Part shown: positions 19,523-28,615 of the stretch, one piece after another
Numbering within the stretch: position 1 is the stretch's first letter
How the letters are laid out: every line of letters starts with the position of its first letter
Origin: Candidatus Pacearchaeota archaeon
Lineage (GTDB): Archaea; Nanobdellota; Nanobdellia; Pacearchaeales; JAPDKA01
Reading direction: 5' to 3'
NCBI GenBank assembly: GCA_038840695.1
Contig: JAWBVE010000003.1
Location: 16,784 to 80,783 of the forward strand
Length of the DNA stretch: 64,000 bases
Position numbers and translations under genes: made by a program
Notes under the pieces: generated by a model
Seen by the model: the letters and a program-made list of their open reading frames with translations, nothing else
What the model was told of the DNA's origin: nothing
Databases searched by the model: none

Positions 19523-20605
19523 TTATTTTTGCTTTTCTTTCATCAGTCCTCTAAAAAAGAAAAAACCAATAATTGTGGGAATCCATAAATTAAGAAGCCT
19601 AAATATTATTGTAGAGGTTACAGCAAGTTCATAGCTTATGCCAAGTGCGCTTAGCGTTAGTGCAAGAGCTCCCTCGAAAAACCCAATCTTTATATAACTA
19701 AAAAAGGCAATTCCGGCAGTAACAATTTCAGCAATTATTAATTTATCTAGTGATACATACTGATTAAAGCTCAGCACAACAAAGAATAGGGTGATATATA
19801 AAAAAACCCTATTAAGGAACATAAAAAAGAAAGGCATAAACCAATCTTTAGCCTTTATATTTCTTTTCGCTCGGTAATAGCCTCTGAAAACTCCTTCGGC
19901 TCTTTCACTGAAATTAACTATTATTCTATCAAGCCATTTTTTAGGAATTTTTCTGAAGAATGCAATTACATAAGGTTTTCCTTTTGATGAAAAAAAGAAA
20001 GGCGAGATTGGAACATACAAAATAAAAAATATTCCTGTAAAAATTAAAAGTAAAATTCTTATTATTGAGGCTTTGATAAAGAAAAAAGCATAAATAGTTG
20101 CTACAACAAAAATCAAAAAGTCAACGCCAAAATTAGCAATACCACTAACAAAAATTGTAAAGCTTCTTTTTGGTTTGCTTGCTACTTTTTGTCTAAGCGA
20201 CTTAAATATAAATATATGCCCACCTATTCTTTGACTAGGCACAATAGTATCAACAAATTGCATAGCTATAACTAACTTTGTCAAAAACCACAAACTAACT
20301 TTTTCATTAACTTTTTTTAGTACTTCTTTTATGTGTAAAGCAAAAGAAAAAAAATTCAGGAATTGAGAAAAGAGTGCTATAACAAACCAGTACCAAATTA
20401 TATGCTTAAAAAGTCCTCCAACTTGCTTTATTTGTGCAAAATTTAGTAAGATAAAAATTATTAGAAGAAAAAAGAAAATATTAATAAGGAGTTGCCGCTT
20501 GCCTTTTTGTATTTGTTCGAGAAGCCAGTCCTTAATTACTGCAGCATGTGCGCCTATTTTTTTATGAATTGCAAGGCGGCTCAGTGTCGCTTCCTCTTTT
20601 GCCAT
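19523..20605 (-). CDS. UPF0104/LPG-synthase-TM-type flippase-like membrane protein
   Basis: Multiple TM helices, PSQRIGG, IGFFEG, IFRLLNLWIP. Confidence 0.8.
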   Translation of the reverse strand: MAKEEATLSRLAIHKKIGAHAAVIKDWLLEQIQKGKRQLLINIFFFLLIIFILLNFAQIKQVGGLFKHIIWYWFVIALFSQFLNFFSFALHIKEVLKKVNEKVSLWFLTKLVIAMQFVDTIVPSQRIGGHIFIFKSLRQKVASKPKRSFTIFVSGIANFGVDFLIFVVATIYAFFFIKASIIRILLLIFTGIFFILYVPISPFFFSSKGKPYVIAFFRKIPKKWLDRIIVNFSERAEGVFRGYYRAKRNIKAKDWFMPFFFMFLNRVFLYITLFFVVLSFNQYVSLDKLIIAEIVTAGIAFFSYIKIGFFEGALALTLSALGISYELAVTSTIIFRLLNLWIPTIIGFFFFRGLMKEKQK

Positions 20606-20627
20606 TCTTTTTTTAAATGTAAGAACT

Positions 20628-20715
20628 TTTAAAAATATTGGGCTTTTAAAATTATTAGGCTACTTGGTGTTTTTAAAAATATTGGGCTTTTAAAATTATT
20701 AGGCTACTTGGTGTT
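20628..20715. repeat. Perfect 44-bp tandem duplication containing TATA-like boxes
   Basis: TTTAAAAATATTGGGCTTTTAAAATTATTAGGCTACTTGGTGTT at 20628-20671 and 20672-20715. Confidence 0.95.
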
Positions 20716-20749
20716 GTCCCGGTTGCGCCCCGGTGGTGCCCCGGTGGTG
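20716..20749 (+). repeat. Three stubs of the tRNA-Glu 5' end
   Basis: GTCCCGGTTG (20716, degenerate), GCCCCGGTGGTG (20727 and 20738); 20736-20749 is identical to 22971-22984. Confidence 0.8.
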
Positions 20750-20751
20750 GT

Positions 20752-22845
20752 TCAATCCCTCTTGAAAAGCTTTTTTATATGATAAAGCACAGGATGCTTT
20801 CTCCTTTCCTCGACATCCTCTATTATTTTAGCAGCTGACATTTGCCTATAGCGCTTACTATTTGCAATTTCTGGGGGTATAGCATGCTTAATTAACTCTA
20901 CTATCTCATATCCTTTAAATCTCTCATCATAGTCCCTTACTTCATACGGCTTAACTCCTTGCCTTACCAAAGCCCTTATATCTTTTGCACTAAATTTTTC
21001 AGGATAAGAGGCAGCCAATTCAGGCCCTATATTTTTCTTAAACAATGTTACTATTTCATATCTATCAAATCTTTCTGGGTAAGAGGCAGCTATTTCAGGT
21101 GTTACTTTTTCTAAGACCAAAGCTATTATGTCCTTTGCATTAAATCGTTTAGGATAAGAAGCTGCTAACTCAGGACCTATCCCGAATACGACAAAATTGG
21201 CTATGCTCTCACCATCAAACCTTTTGTCATATCGTAGAGCTACATCTAAAGGTATGTTGGTGTTGGCTAGAGCAATAATATCTTTAACATTAAACCTACT
21301 CTCTCTATATTTTTCAGCTATTTCAGGAGCCACATTGGCTTTGACAAGAGCAATGATATCAGAGCCATTAAAGCCAGCATATTGCAATGCTATAGCAGGA
21401 GCTATATCTGCATCTGCCAATGCCTGCTTCTCAATTTCAGAGAGCCTTTCTAGCTTAGACTTTTCTTCGCCAAGCTTGTTAAACTCTAAGTCCCATGAAA
21501 ATTTCTTTGGATTAGCCTTCTTGCATTTATCCCAATATTCTCTCAACTTTTCCTCAGGAATTAGTGAATGGGCTTCATCCATAATTTCTTTAAATTGGTT
21601 GAAAGAGATCTTAGCTTTTATATAAGCATCCGCTGCTTCGCTAAGATGGCTGCTCAGGAAATCTTTTTTAATCCCCTCATTCATCCATTTCAGTAATGAA
21701 TATCTAGCTGTATATAGCCAGAAATTCTCATGCCTCACCCATTCTTCCCACATATCTTTGCCTTTATCTTTTAGATGAGCCCTGTCATCATTGCCGAATT
21801 CTATTTCATCATCAAGTGAAAGGCTGCCTGCATTTGCCTTCAGATTGTTATAAAGGCTTGAAAGGAAATTCCTTACTTTTTCTTCCTTCTTCACCGATTT
21901 CAGATAGTTCTTAAGAGCTATAAAGTGCTTGTAAGGAATGCTGATTTTTTGTGCCGAGATTTTATTCAATTTATCTTCTATAATTTTATCATTAATCACA
22001 TCGAGCAGCTGAAAATAAGTAAATTCAGCATCTATTAGTGTTTTAATAAACTCTTCTCCCTCACTCTTTCTTAGATCCAAAAGTTTTAAAAACTTCTCTG
22101 CATCAAACTTCTCGCACATCTTCCAATATTCTCTCCATTCCTTACACCTCTTAACCCCTTGAGGGAGTTTCCAGTCTTTATCAACATCATAGATTACCTT
22201 CTCGCCTTTAATAATTTCCGGAACTGAAAAGGATAACCGCTCCATAACAATCACCGTTTTTCCTTTCTTAACCTCCAACCCGAGATGGAATGTGGTATCT
22301 TCTGATATGGCTATTGGGTAATAATCTATTGTTCTGCCCCCTTTATACAGACTCTTTTTTTCTATTCCTGGTATCTCAATAGCAATCTCATCTCCTTGCG
22401 GGTTAAATGGTATCTTATCAATAAAATATCTTGATTTATCTTGAGGCATCTTATCTGTCTTCAGGAGAGGTTCAAATTCCTTTCGCAATTTTTTTATTTT
22501 ATTCTCATCCATCAAAGAGAGCATTGTCTTCATGAATGAGAGGCAATCATCCGGGTTATTAATATCGCTTTCACCGTAGAAACCAAATTCCCTGGGGACA
22601 TCTTTCCTCTTTGCGAGCTCCGGAGGAAGAACACCAAGGAATGTATACAAGACCGAACATAGTTTATCATTCTTCCTGTAAAAATAGACGATTCTCGCTG
22701 CAATTGATATGAAAGTAGAAATCCGCTCCTCATTTTTTAAAAGATTCTTCTTTATCTCTTCAGCAGGTGTGCCTTCTATTATGTATATGTGGTCTGGTCC
22801 CAAGTTAATAGCAAAACCGCCAAACCATGTCTGAAGCTCTGCCAT
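20752..22845 (-). CDS. Orphan protein with 8 C-terminal 25-aa helical repeats (paralogue A)
   Basis: Repeats RF(D/N)xxxIxxLxxxxIxPExAxxY; near-identical to 40576-42036. Confidence 0.85.
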   Translation of the reverse strand: MAELQTWFGGFAINLGPDHIYIIEGTPAEEIKKNLLKNEERISTFISIAARIVYFYRKNDKLCSVLYTFLGVLPPELAKRKDVPREFGFYGESDINNPDDCLSFMKTMLSLMDENKIKKLRKEFEPLLKTDKMPQDKSRYFIDKIPFNPQGDEIAIEIPGIEKKSLYKGGRTIDYYPIAISEDTTFHLGLEVKKGKTVIVMERLSFSVPEIIKGEKVIYDVDKDWKLPQGVKRCKEWREYWKMCEKFDAEKFLKLLDLRKSEGEEFIKTLIDAEFTYFQLLDVINDKIIEDKLNKISAQKISIPYKHFIALKNYLKSVKKEEKVRNFLSSLYNNLKANAGSLSLDDEIEFGNDDRAHLKDKGKDMWEEWVRHENFWLYTARYSLLKWMNEGIKKDFLSSHLSEAADAYIKAKISFNQFKEIMDEAHSLIPEEKLREYWDKCKKANPKKFSWDLEFNKLGEEKSKLERLSEIEKQALADADIAPAIALQYAGFNGSDIIALVKANVAPEIAEKYRESRFNVKDIIALANTNIPLDVALRYDKRFDGESIANFVVFGIGPELAASYPKRFNAKDIIALVLEKVTPEIAASYPERFDRYEIVTLFKKNIGPELAASYPEKFSAKDIRALVRQGVKPYEVRDYDERFKGYEIVELIKHAIPPEIANSKRYRQMSAAKIIEDVEERRKHPVLYHIKKLFKRD

Positions 22846-22865
22846 AATATATTATGCAAAAAGGG

Positions 22866-22881
22866 TTTTTAAATTTTTTGC
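22866..22881 (-). promoter_or_regulatory. BRE + TATA box of paralogue A (leaderless spacing)
   Basis: Minus strand GCAAAAAA-TTTAAAAA about 25 nt before the ATG; same sequence at 42057-42072. Confidence 0.7.
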
Positions 22882-22972
22882 TATTTGCAAGTGATTATAA
22901 AATTAGTAGCTTGAATGCAGCATTGTGCGAAAGCACTAATTTTTAAATATTGCTTACTTAATTAATCATTGT

Positions 22973-23045
22973 GCCCCGGTGGTGTAGAGGCCAAGCATGC
23001 GAGCCTCTCGCGCTCGCGACCTGGGTTCAAATCCCGGCCGGGGCA
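22973..23045 (+). tRNA. tRNA-Glu(CTC)
   Basis: GCCCCGG/CCGGGGC acceptor, CGAGC-CTCTCGC-GCTCG anticodon arm; TTTTAAAT at 22941-22948. Confidence 0.94.
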
Positions 23046-23315
23046 ATGGGTGCACGAAGCCCAGAATATATTTATAGGCCAATCGAAAGATTAGAAAATT
23101 TAACCAATTTTACTAATATTCCATCAATAGTGCTTTTTTATCAGATATATGGTGGTGAAGAATTTGACCCAAGTAGATATGTAACTTTGCACAGAACATA
23201 TGGCGATTACAAACTTGCATACAATGTTTGGGCTTTAAGAGGAGAGTCTATAATTTTAACTGATACTGACGATTATTCAATCAAAATTGAGCTTGGCGAT
23301 GTGCCGAGATATTAG
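23046..23315 (+). CDS. Hypothetical 89-aa protein beginning immediately after tRNA-Glu
   Basis: ATG at 23046 directly follows the discriminator base; protein-like composition. Confidence 0.45.
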   Translation: MGARSPEYIYRPIERLENLTNFTNIPSIVLFYQIYGGEEFDPSRYVTLHRTYGDYKLAYNVWALRGESIILTDTDDYSIKIELGDVPRY

Positions 23316-23339
23316 ATGCCAAGATATTAGTTTTATTTT

Positions 23340-24341
23340 TTATTTTTTAGTATTTTTTTCCTTCAGTAAAATAACCCGACTAGCTTTATCACAATCAGCA
23401 TAGCTAAAATTTTTAATTTTCTTTAGCAAATTTTTTGAAAAGTCCACAACATCAGCATAATATGGCATATTTTCCTTTTTTAGCCTTAGCATTGAATAGC
23501 CAAGATACATATATCCTTTAATTTCGATAAAATCAGGCTTGCAAATTTCAACGAGCTTTTTTAGCTCACTAATATTTTTTTCTTTATCATTGATGCCCTT
23601 AATTAAGGTATATCTTAATACTTTTCTACATTTAGCGCTTCTCGCAATTTTCAAGAATTTCAAAAATCTTTCCCAAGCGTCCTTATAAAGAGGCCTTTTT
23701 AGTTTAAAATAGTCCTGCTTGTTTGTTGCTGTTATACTCAAATAAAGATTTGTTGGCAAAGCACTTTCTTTTATGAGTTTTTTTAAAGCATCCGGCTCTT
23801 GGCAATTTGAAACAAGAAAAATGCTCTTTGCGCTATATTTTGTTTTTAGCAATTTAATTAATTCACTAAGTTTTGGATAAAGCAAAGGATCTCCTACAAG
23901 GCTTATTGCAAAATGTATTGGCCTTAATGCTTTTTCTATTCGCTTTCTATCAAGACGCTTGTCACCAAAAAATCCCATCAACAATTTTTTCCTTTCCTCA
24001 ATTAAATTTTTTATAATTTCATCTGGCTCTGCAAATTCTCTGCTTTCTATTTTTAACATATTTGCATTAGTTACAAGTAGCTCTTTTGGTCGCCAGCAAT
24101 GAACACAGTTTTCTTGGCAAAAAATAAAAGGCGTAAATTGCATACATTGTAGGCAAGAAATGCCATAAAATTTTTGCTTATAACAAAAGCCCTCATTCCT
24201 TATAGCACGTTTTGTCCATAAACAAATCTGAACAGCCGCATTTTTGTAAACACCATATTGCTTCTTAACTAAACTTCTTTCTAAGCTATTCCTACTATTT
24301 TCTTTTTCTCCAATTTCTTGCACATTAAATTCGCCACTCAT
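23340..24341 (-). CDS. taw1: 4-demethylwyosine synthase (radical SAM)
   Basis: QICLWTK, KQKFYGI..C.Q.TP, CQENCVHCWR, HFAISLVGDP, FIEIKGYMYLGYS. Confidence 0.92.
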   Translation of the reverse strand: MSGEFNVQEIGEKENSRNSLERSLVKKQYGVYKNAAVQICLWTKRAIRNEGFCYKQKFYGISCLQCMQFTPFIFCQENCVHCWRPKELLVTNANMLKIESREFAEPDEIIKNLIEERKKLLMGFFGDKRLDRKRIEKALRPIHFAISLVGDPLLYPKLSELIKLLKTKYSAKSIFLVSNCQEPDALKKLIKESALPTNLYLSITATNKQDYFKLKRPLYKDAWERFLKFLKIARSAKCRKVLRYTLIKGINDKEKNISELKKLVEICKPDFIEIKGYMYLGYSMLRLKKENMPYYADVVDFSKNLLKKIKNFSYADCDKASRVILLKEKNTKK

Positions 24342-24410
24342 AAATTATAATAATTTTGAAAGTTTTAAAAATTAATTGCACTCAGAAGTTGCAGAAGTCA
24401 CCAAAGCCCT

Positions 24411-24659
24411 TCACTTTTTCTTTAGCTTTTTGGCTTCTTCTTTCTTTTCTTTTCCCTCTTTTATTTCTTCTACACTAATTGCCCCAACAGGACAAAGCTC
24501 GCTTGCTTCAAGATTGCAATCATATTCGCTTTCACTAATTACCTCTTTTTTCACATCAGCCTTGCCTTCTTTGAAATAAAAGTTCGAAGGACATGTACTT
24601 ACACAACTGCCACACCCTATGCACTTTTCCCTATCAACCTTCACTCTAAACTTTCTCAT
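24411..24659 (-). CDS. Single-cluster ferredoxin
   Basis: CIGCGSCVSTCP and CPVGAI. Confidence 0.92.
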   Translation of the reverse strand: MRKFRVKVDREKCIGCGSCVSTCPSNFYFKEGKADVKKEVISESEYDCNLEASELCPVGAISVEEIKEGKEKKEEAKKLKKK

Positions 24660-24710
24660 TTTTGATTTTTATTTCTTATATTTGTTTTTGATCTAATGCT
24701 ATAATTCAAT

Positions 24711-25508
24711 CTATTTTTTATTGCATCGTTTTATTTTTAAATTTTTTCCCTCTTCTTTAGCAAAAAGAATAAATAATACTAAAATTATCCCAAGCGAAAT
24801 CCATTGAGCAAGTGTTAGGCCAGCATATCTAGTTGAGTCACGCAAAAAATCAAGAAAGAAGCGAGCTATTGAATATAATAGAAAGAAGCTCTTTGTTAAT
24901 TTTAGCTTATTCAATTCTTTCCCTTTTTTCTGCTTTTTATCAACATAGATTTTATCCACATAGATTTTATCAATATAAAACAAAATAGAAAAGATTGCTA
25001 AGCTTGCTATAGCTTCATAAATCTGGCTAGGATGTCGTGGAGGGTCATTAGCTACTTTTATTCCCCAAGGCAAATTTGTTGGCAAGCCATAGTCATCCCA
25101 ATTTAAGAAACATCCAAGTCTGCCAATAGCTAATCCAATAGGCAAAAAAAGAGCTATTATTTCAATATATCTAAGTGGAAGCTTTTTTAGCTTTAAATAT
25201 GCCATTAATGAAAAAGCGCCGAGAATTAGGCCACCATACCAACTCAAACCGCCTTTAATAAATGCAAAAAAGTCAAGAATGCTAAGCCTATTTTCAATTG
25301 CATAGAGCGATCTTGCTCCAATCATCCCGGCAAAAAATACTATCAGCATTAAATTAAAAACTTCATTGGCATTGAGCTTTTCTTTTTTGACTTTTGAGTA
25401 TACTAAAATTCCTGTGACTATAAAAGCAAGAAATCCCGTTACCCCCCAACTATAAACATTAATGCCTTTAAAGCTAAGCAAAATTCTTGGAGGAGTATAA
25501 GTAATCAT
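24711..25508 (-). CDS. lgt: Prolipoprotein diacylglyceryl transferase (Lgt family)
   Basis: GARSLY, GGLSWYGG, GRLGCFLN, RHPSQIYE, RFFLDFLR, about 7 TM helices. Confidence 0.88.
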   Translation of the reverse strand: MITYTPPRILLSFKGINVYSWGVTGFLAFIVTGILVYSKVKKEKLNANEVFNLMLIVFFAGMIGARSLYAIENRLSILDFFAFIKGGLSWYGGLILGAFSLMAYLKLKKLPLRYIEIIALFLPIGLAIGRLGCFLNWDDYGLPTNLPWGIKVANDPPRHPSQIYEAIASLAIFSILFYIDKIYVDKIYVDKKQKKGKELNKLKLTKSFFLLYSIARFFLDFLRDSTRYAGLTLAQWISLGIILVLFILFAKEEGKNLKIKRCNKK

Positions 25509-25509
25509 G

Positions 25510-26244
25510 CTACAATACTCTCTTGATAATTATTTTTATTTTTTCATTGATCCAGCCCTGAATAAGGAAATCTTCATAGTAAACAGCGATTTCTTTTTCA
25601 AGTGGCATTTTTGTTTTTTCTGCAAGCCTCTTCATTATTGACATTAGCTCTTCCCTATTAAGTTTCAACTCCTTTGTCTCAACTCTTCCATCTTTGTATG
25701 CAATTATAACATTTTGTTCCTCTATGCATTGCACAGAATCGACTTGTTCAGAATAAACAAATTCATTAAGTTTTCCAAAGATAAGTTCTCTAGCCACAAT
25801 CACTTTCTCTTCTTTTGCTTCTTTTGGCGACTGAGCTTGCAAGGAAGGTAAGGCTTGCGGCTTTTCTGGCCTGAATTCGCGCATTGTTTCAAGCATTCTT
25901 TCCTTCTCGCCTGGCCTTGGCACTTTTGTAATGACTGGCGCAAATTCAGGAGCAGCAATTTTTTCAATAAATCGAACAAAAACAGGCTTTGCAATTGGCT
26001 TAGCGATTGCTTCTGCTTTTGCTTCTCCTTTCTCGTCAATTTTTTCAACTTTTTCAACTTCTTCGACCTTTTTAACTTCTTCTACCTTTTCAGCTTCGAT
26101 TTCAGCCACTTTTGCAACTTTTGCAGCTTTTGCAACTTCAGCTTTAGCTTCTTTCTCAAGCTCCAGCTCCTGCCATGCTCTAACCAATCTAATAAAGAAA
26201 TCTCGATAAAATTCTTGCGCTTCTTGCGCTTTTGTTTCTTGCAT
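25510..26244 (-). CDS. Hypothetical protein: low-complexity stalk plus domain resembling the N-domain of secretion ATPases
   Basis: FGKLNEFV..VDSVQC..IIAY..LNREEL..RLAEKTKMP; no Walker motifs. Confidence 0.45.
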   Translation of the reverse strand: MQETKAQEAQEFYRDFFIRLVRAWQELELEKEAKAEVAKAAKVAKVAEIEAEKVEEVKKVEEVEKVEKIDEKGEAKAEAIAKPIAKPVFVRFIEKIAAPEFAPVITKVPRPGEKERMLETMREFRPEKPQALPSLQAQSPKEAKEEKVIVARELIFGKLNEFVYSEQVDSVQCIEEQNVIIAYKDGRVETKELKLNREELMSIMKRLAEKTKMPLEKEIAVYYEDFLIQGWINEKIKIIIKRVL

Positions 26245-26267
26245 TTTTAATTTTTAATTTCAAAATT

Positions 26268-26699
26268 TTAAGTGCTTTCTTCGCTGCTTTCTTCACCTCT
26301 TCCAATTTTTTCTTTTATGATTTTTTCCAATAAACTCATGCCTTCAGCGATTGCTTTATTTTGTTCAATAATAGCTTCTATCTTCTCTATGAGCTCTTTA
26401 TTTCCCTTAACTTCCTTCATTCCTTCAACTTTCTGAGTCTTGGCTGCTTTCTCAACAAGTGAAAGAAATGAATCAAGCCTCGCATTTAAGCCTTTAAAAG
26501 CCACTAGTGTATCTGCAAGAGTTTTTTGTAGAAGCACAAGATTTTCAAGCAAAAGGGCCATTTCGCTCTTGTTTTTCCCTTCCCTTTTCCTTTCTTTCCT
26601 CTGCCCTTCTTTTCCACTCTTCATTCCTTGTGATTTTTTTTCAGGTTTTTCAAGTTTTTTTTCAGCTTGTCTTTTTATTCCTCTTTTTGCCTTTGCCAT
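26268..26699 (-). CDS. Hypothetical coiled-coil protein
   Basis: Charged N-terminus, heptad-like LLLENLVLLQKTL. Confidence 0.65.
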   Translation of the reverse strand: MAKAKRGIKRQAEKKLEKPEKKSQGMKSGKEGQRKERKREGKNKSEMALLLENLVLLQKTLADTLVAFKGLNARLDSFLSLVEKAAKTQKVEGMKEVKGNKELIEKIEAIIEQNKAIAEGMSLLEKIIKEKIGRGEESSEEST

Positions 26700-26765
26700 A
26701 ATTTTTTCATTTTTTGTAATTTAAATATTTTTAATGCTTGCGATATCTGCATGATGCATGGCTCA

Positions 26766-26838
26766 TGGGGCCAGAGGGACTCGAACCCTCAACTGACGGT
26801 CTGGAGCCGTCCGTTTTAGCCATTGAAACTATGGCCCC
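26766..26838 (-). tRNA. tRNA-Trp(CCA), intronless
   Basis: GGGGCCA/TGGCCCC acceptor, GACGG-CTCCAGA-CCGTC anticodon arm. Confidence 0.94.
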
Positions 26839-26842
26839 AACA

Positions 26843-26870
26843 ATGCAACTTTGCTCATGCAACTTTGCTC
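26843..26870. repeat. Perfect 14-bp tandem duplication upstream of tRNA-Trp
   Basis: ATGCAACTTTGCTC twice. Confidence 0.9.
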
Positions 26871-27032
26871 TATTCTTCTGTCTTTCTTAAATTTTAAAAT
26901 GAAAGCTAATTTAAATATGTTGCTAGAATAGGAAAAATTAAAAATTGCTAAAAAGATAAAGAAAAGGTTAAAAATAGAACAAACTAGAATATAACAATAT
27001 AACAAGATTGAGCACTTTGAAAATTTAAAAAA

Positions 27033-28601
27033 ATGAAAAAGAGGGCAATAAGAGAAGAAAACAAGCAAGATAGGAATGAAATTGAGCAAGTGGCTTTATC
27101 ATTAAGTGAAAATGAGAGAAAAATTCTTCCATTGCTTTTAGAAAATAAACAGCTCGATGAGATAAAAAAATCAACAGGGTTGCTTGATGAAGCTGTAAAA
27201 CGTGCTCTTGAGTTTTTGGCTAATAAAGGCATAATAGAACTTAATATTGTAAAATATAGTATAGTTGATTTAGATGAGAATGGAGTTATCTATTTAAAAG
27301 TTGGCTTGCCTGAACGAAAGCTTGCAAATCTTGTCATAGAGAAAGGGCAAGTGTCGAGAGAAGAGGCTAGTAAAGAACTTAAAGATGAATTTAGCATTGC
27401 GCTTGGAAAGCTTAAAGAGCTTGGTATAATCTCGCTCGAGCAAGATAAAATTAGATTGCTTAATAAAGAAGCCGCAATAAAAAAATTTCCCCAAGAAAAA
27501 TTTCTTGAAGCTTTGCCCAAGAGACTTGATCAGCTCAGCAATGAAGAAAAGCTAATTCTTGAACAGCTGAGAAAAAGAAGGGCTATTGTTAAGATAGCTG
27601 AAAGGGCAGAGTTTGTTTATAAACTCAATCCAATTGCAAAAAAAATAGCTGAAATTAGCGAAAAATTTGGCGGAACACTAATTGAAAAGCTTACTCCAGA
27701 AATTATAGCTAGCGAGGAGTGGAAAGGTAAAAAGTTTAGATATTATGATATTAAAAGTCCGCTGCCAAGAATTTATGGTGGCAAGAGACATTTTGTAAAC
27801 CAAGCAATTGATTATGCAAGGAAAATATGGCTTGAAATGGGTTTTGAAGAGATGACTGGCTTGCTTGTTGATCTTGCTTTTTGGAACTTTGATGCATTAT
27901 TTACCCCACAAGATCATCCAGCGCGAGAGCTACAAGATACTTTCTATATAAAAGATAAGATTGAGCTTGATATACCTCCTAAGCAATTAATAATGAATGT
28001 AAAAAAAGCTCACGAGAAAGGCATTGCTGGAAGCAAAGGATGGCGCTATAGTTGGGATGAGAGTGAAGCTTTTAAGCCAATCTTGAGAACACACACAACA
28101 ATTCTCTCTGCTAAGACCCTAGCAAAAATAGCCCCTCTTGTCAAATCAGGAAAGTTAAAGCAAGGAAAGTGGTTTGCTATTGGCAAATGCTTTAGAAATG
28201 AAACAGTTGATTGGGGTCATTTATTTGAATTTAATCAGACAGAAGGAATAGTAATTGATGAAAATGCTAATTTTAGGCATTTACTTGGCTATTTGCAAGA
28301 ATTTTTTAAGCGCATGGGTTTTGAAAAGCTGAAGTTTTATCCTTCGTATTTTCCTTACACCGAGCCAAGCGTTGAAATTTATGGCTATCATTCAGGAAAG
28401 CGGGCATGGATAGAGATTGGTGGAGCAGGCATTTTTAGGCCTGAAGTAGTTGTGCCATTTTTTGGCAGATTTATTCCTGTACTTGCATGGGGGCCAGGCT
28501 TTGATAGAGCATTAATGGAATATTATGGCATAACTGATATTCGCGAGCTTTATGAAAATGATATAAATAAATTAAGGCAAGTAAAATTTTGGATAAGATA
28601 A
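27033..28601 (+). CDS. pheS: Phenylalanyl-tRNA synthetase alpha subunit (archaeal long form)
   Basis: WNFDALFTPQDHPARELQDTF, LRTHTT, FRNE, FPYTEPS, AWGPGFDR. Confidence 0.97.
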   Translation: MKKRAIREENKQDRNEIEQVALSLSENERKILPLLLENKQLDEIKKSTGLLDEAVKRALEFLANKGIIELNIVKYSIVDLDENGVIYLKVGLPERKLANLVIEKGQVSREEASKELKDEFSIALGKLKELGIISLEQDKIRLLNKEAAIKKFPQEKFLEALPKRLDQLSNEEKLILEQLRKRRAIVKIAERAEFVYKLNPIAKKIAEISEKFGGTLIEKLTPEIIASEEWKGKKFRYYDIKSPLPRIYGGKRHFVNQAIDYARKIWLEMGFEEMTGLLVDLAFWNFDALFTPQDHPARELQDTFYIKDKIELDIPPKQLIMNVKKAHEKGIAGSKGWRYSWDESEAFKPILRTHTTILSAKTLAKIAPLVKSGKLKQGKWFAIGKCFRNETVDWGHLFEFNQTEGIVIDENANFRHLLGYLQEFFKRMGFEKLKFYPSYFPYTEPSVEIYGYHSGKRAWIEIGGAGIFRPEVVVPFFGRFIPVLAWGPGFDRALMEYYGITDIRELYENDINKLRQVKFWIR

Positions 28602-28615
28602 AATGATAAAATAAA

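Larger units (their letters stand above)
20716..22984. mobile_element. Putative islet inserted at the 5' end of tRNA-Glu (no integrase)
   Basis: Single gene bracketed by a 14-bp direct repeat of the tRNA 5' end. Confidence 0.35.

Noticed and set aside
20628-20749. CRISPR array at the 44-bp repeats
   Set aside because: Only two contiguous copies, no spacers, no cas genes
22971-23045. 114-aa ORF starting at 22971
   Set aside because: The first 25 codons are the tRNA-Glu gene; only the ATG at 23046 was kept
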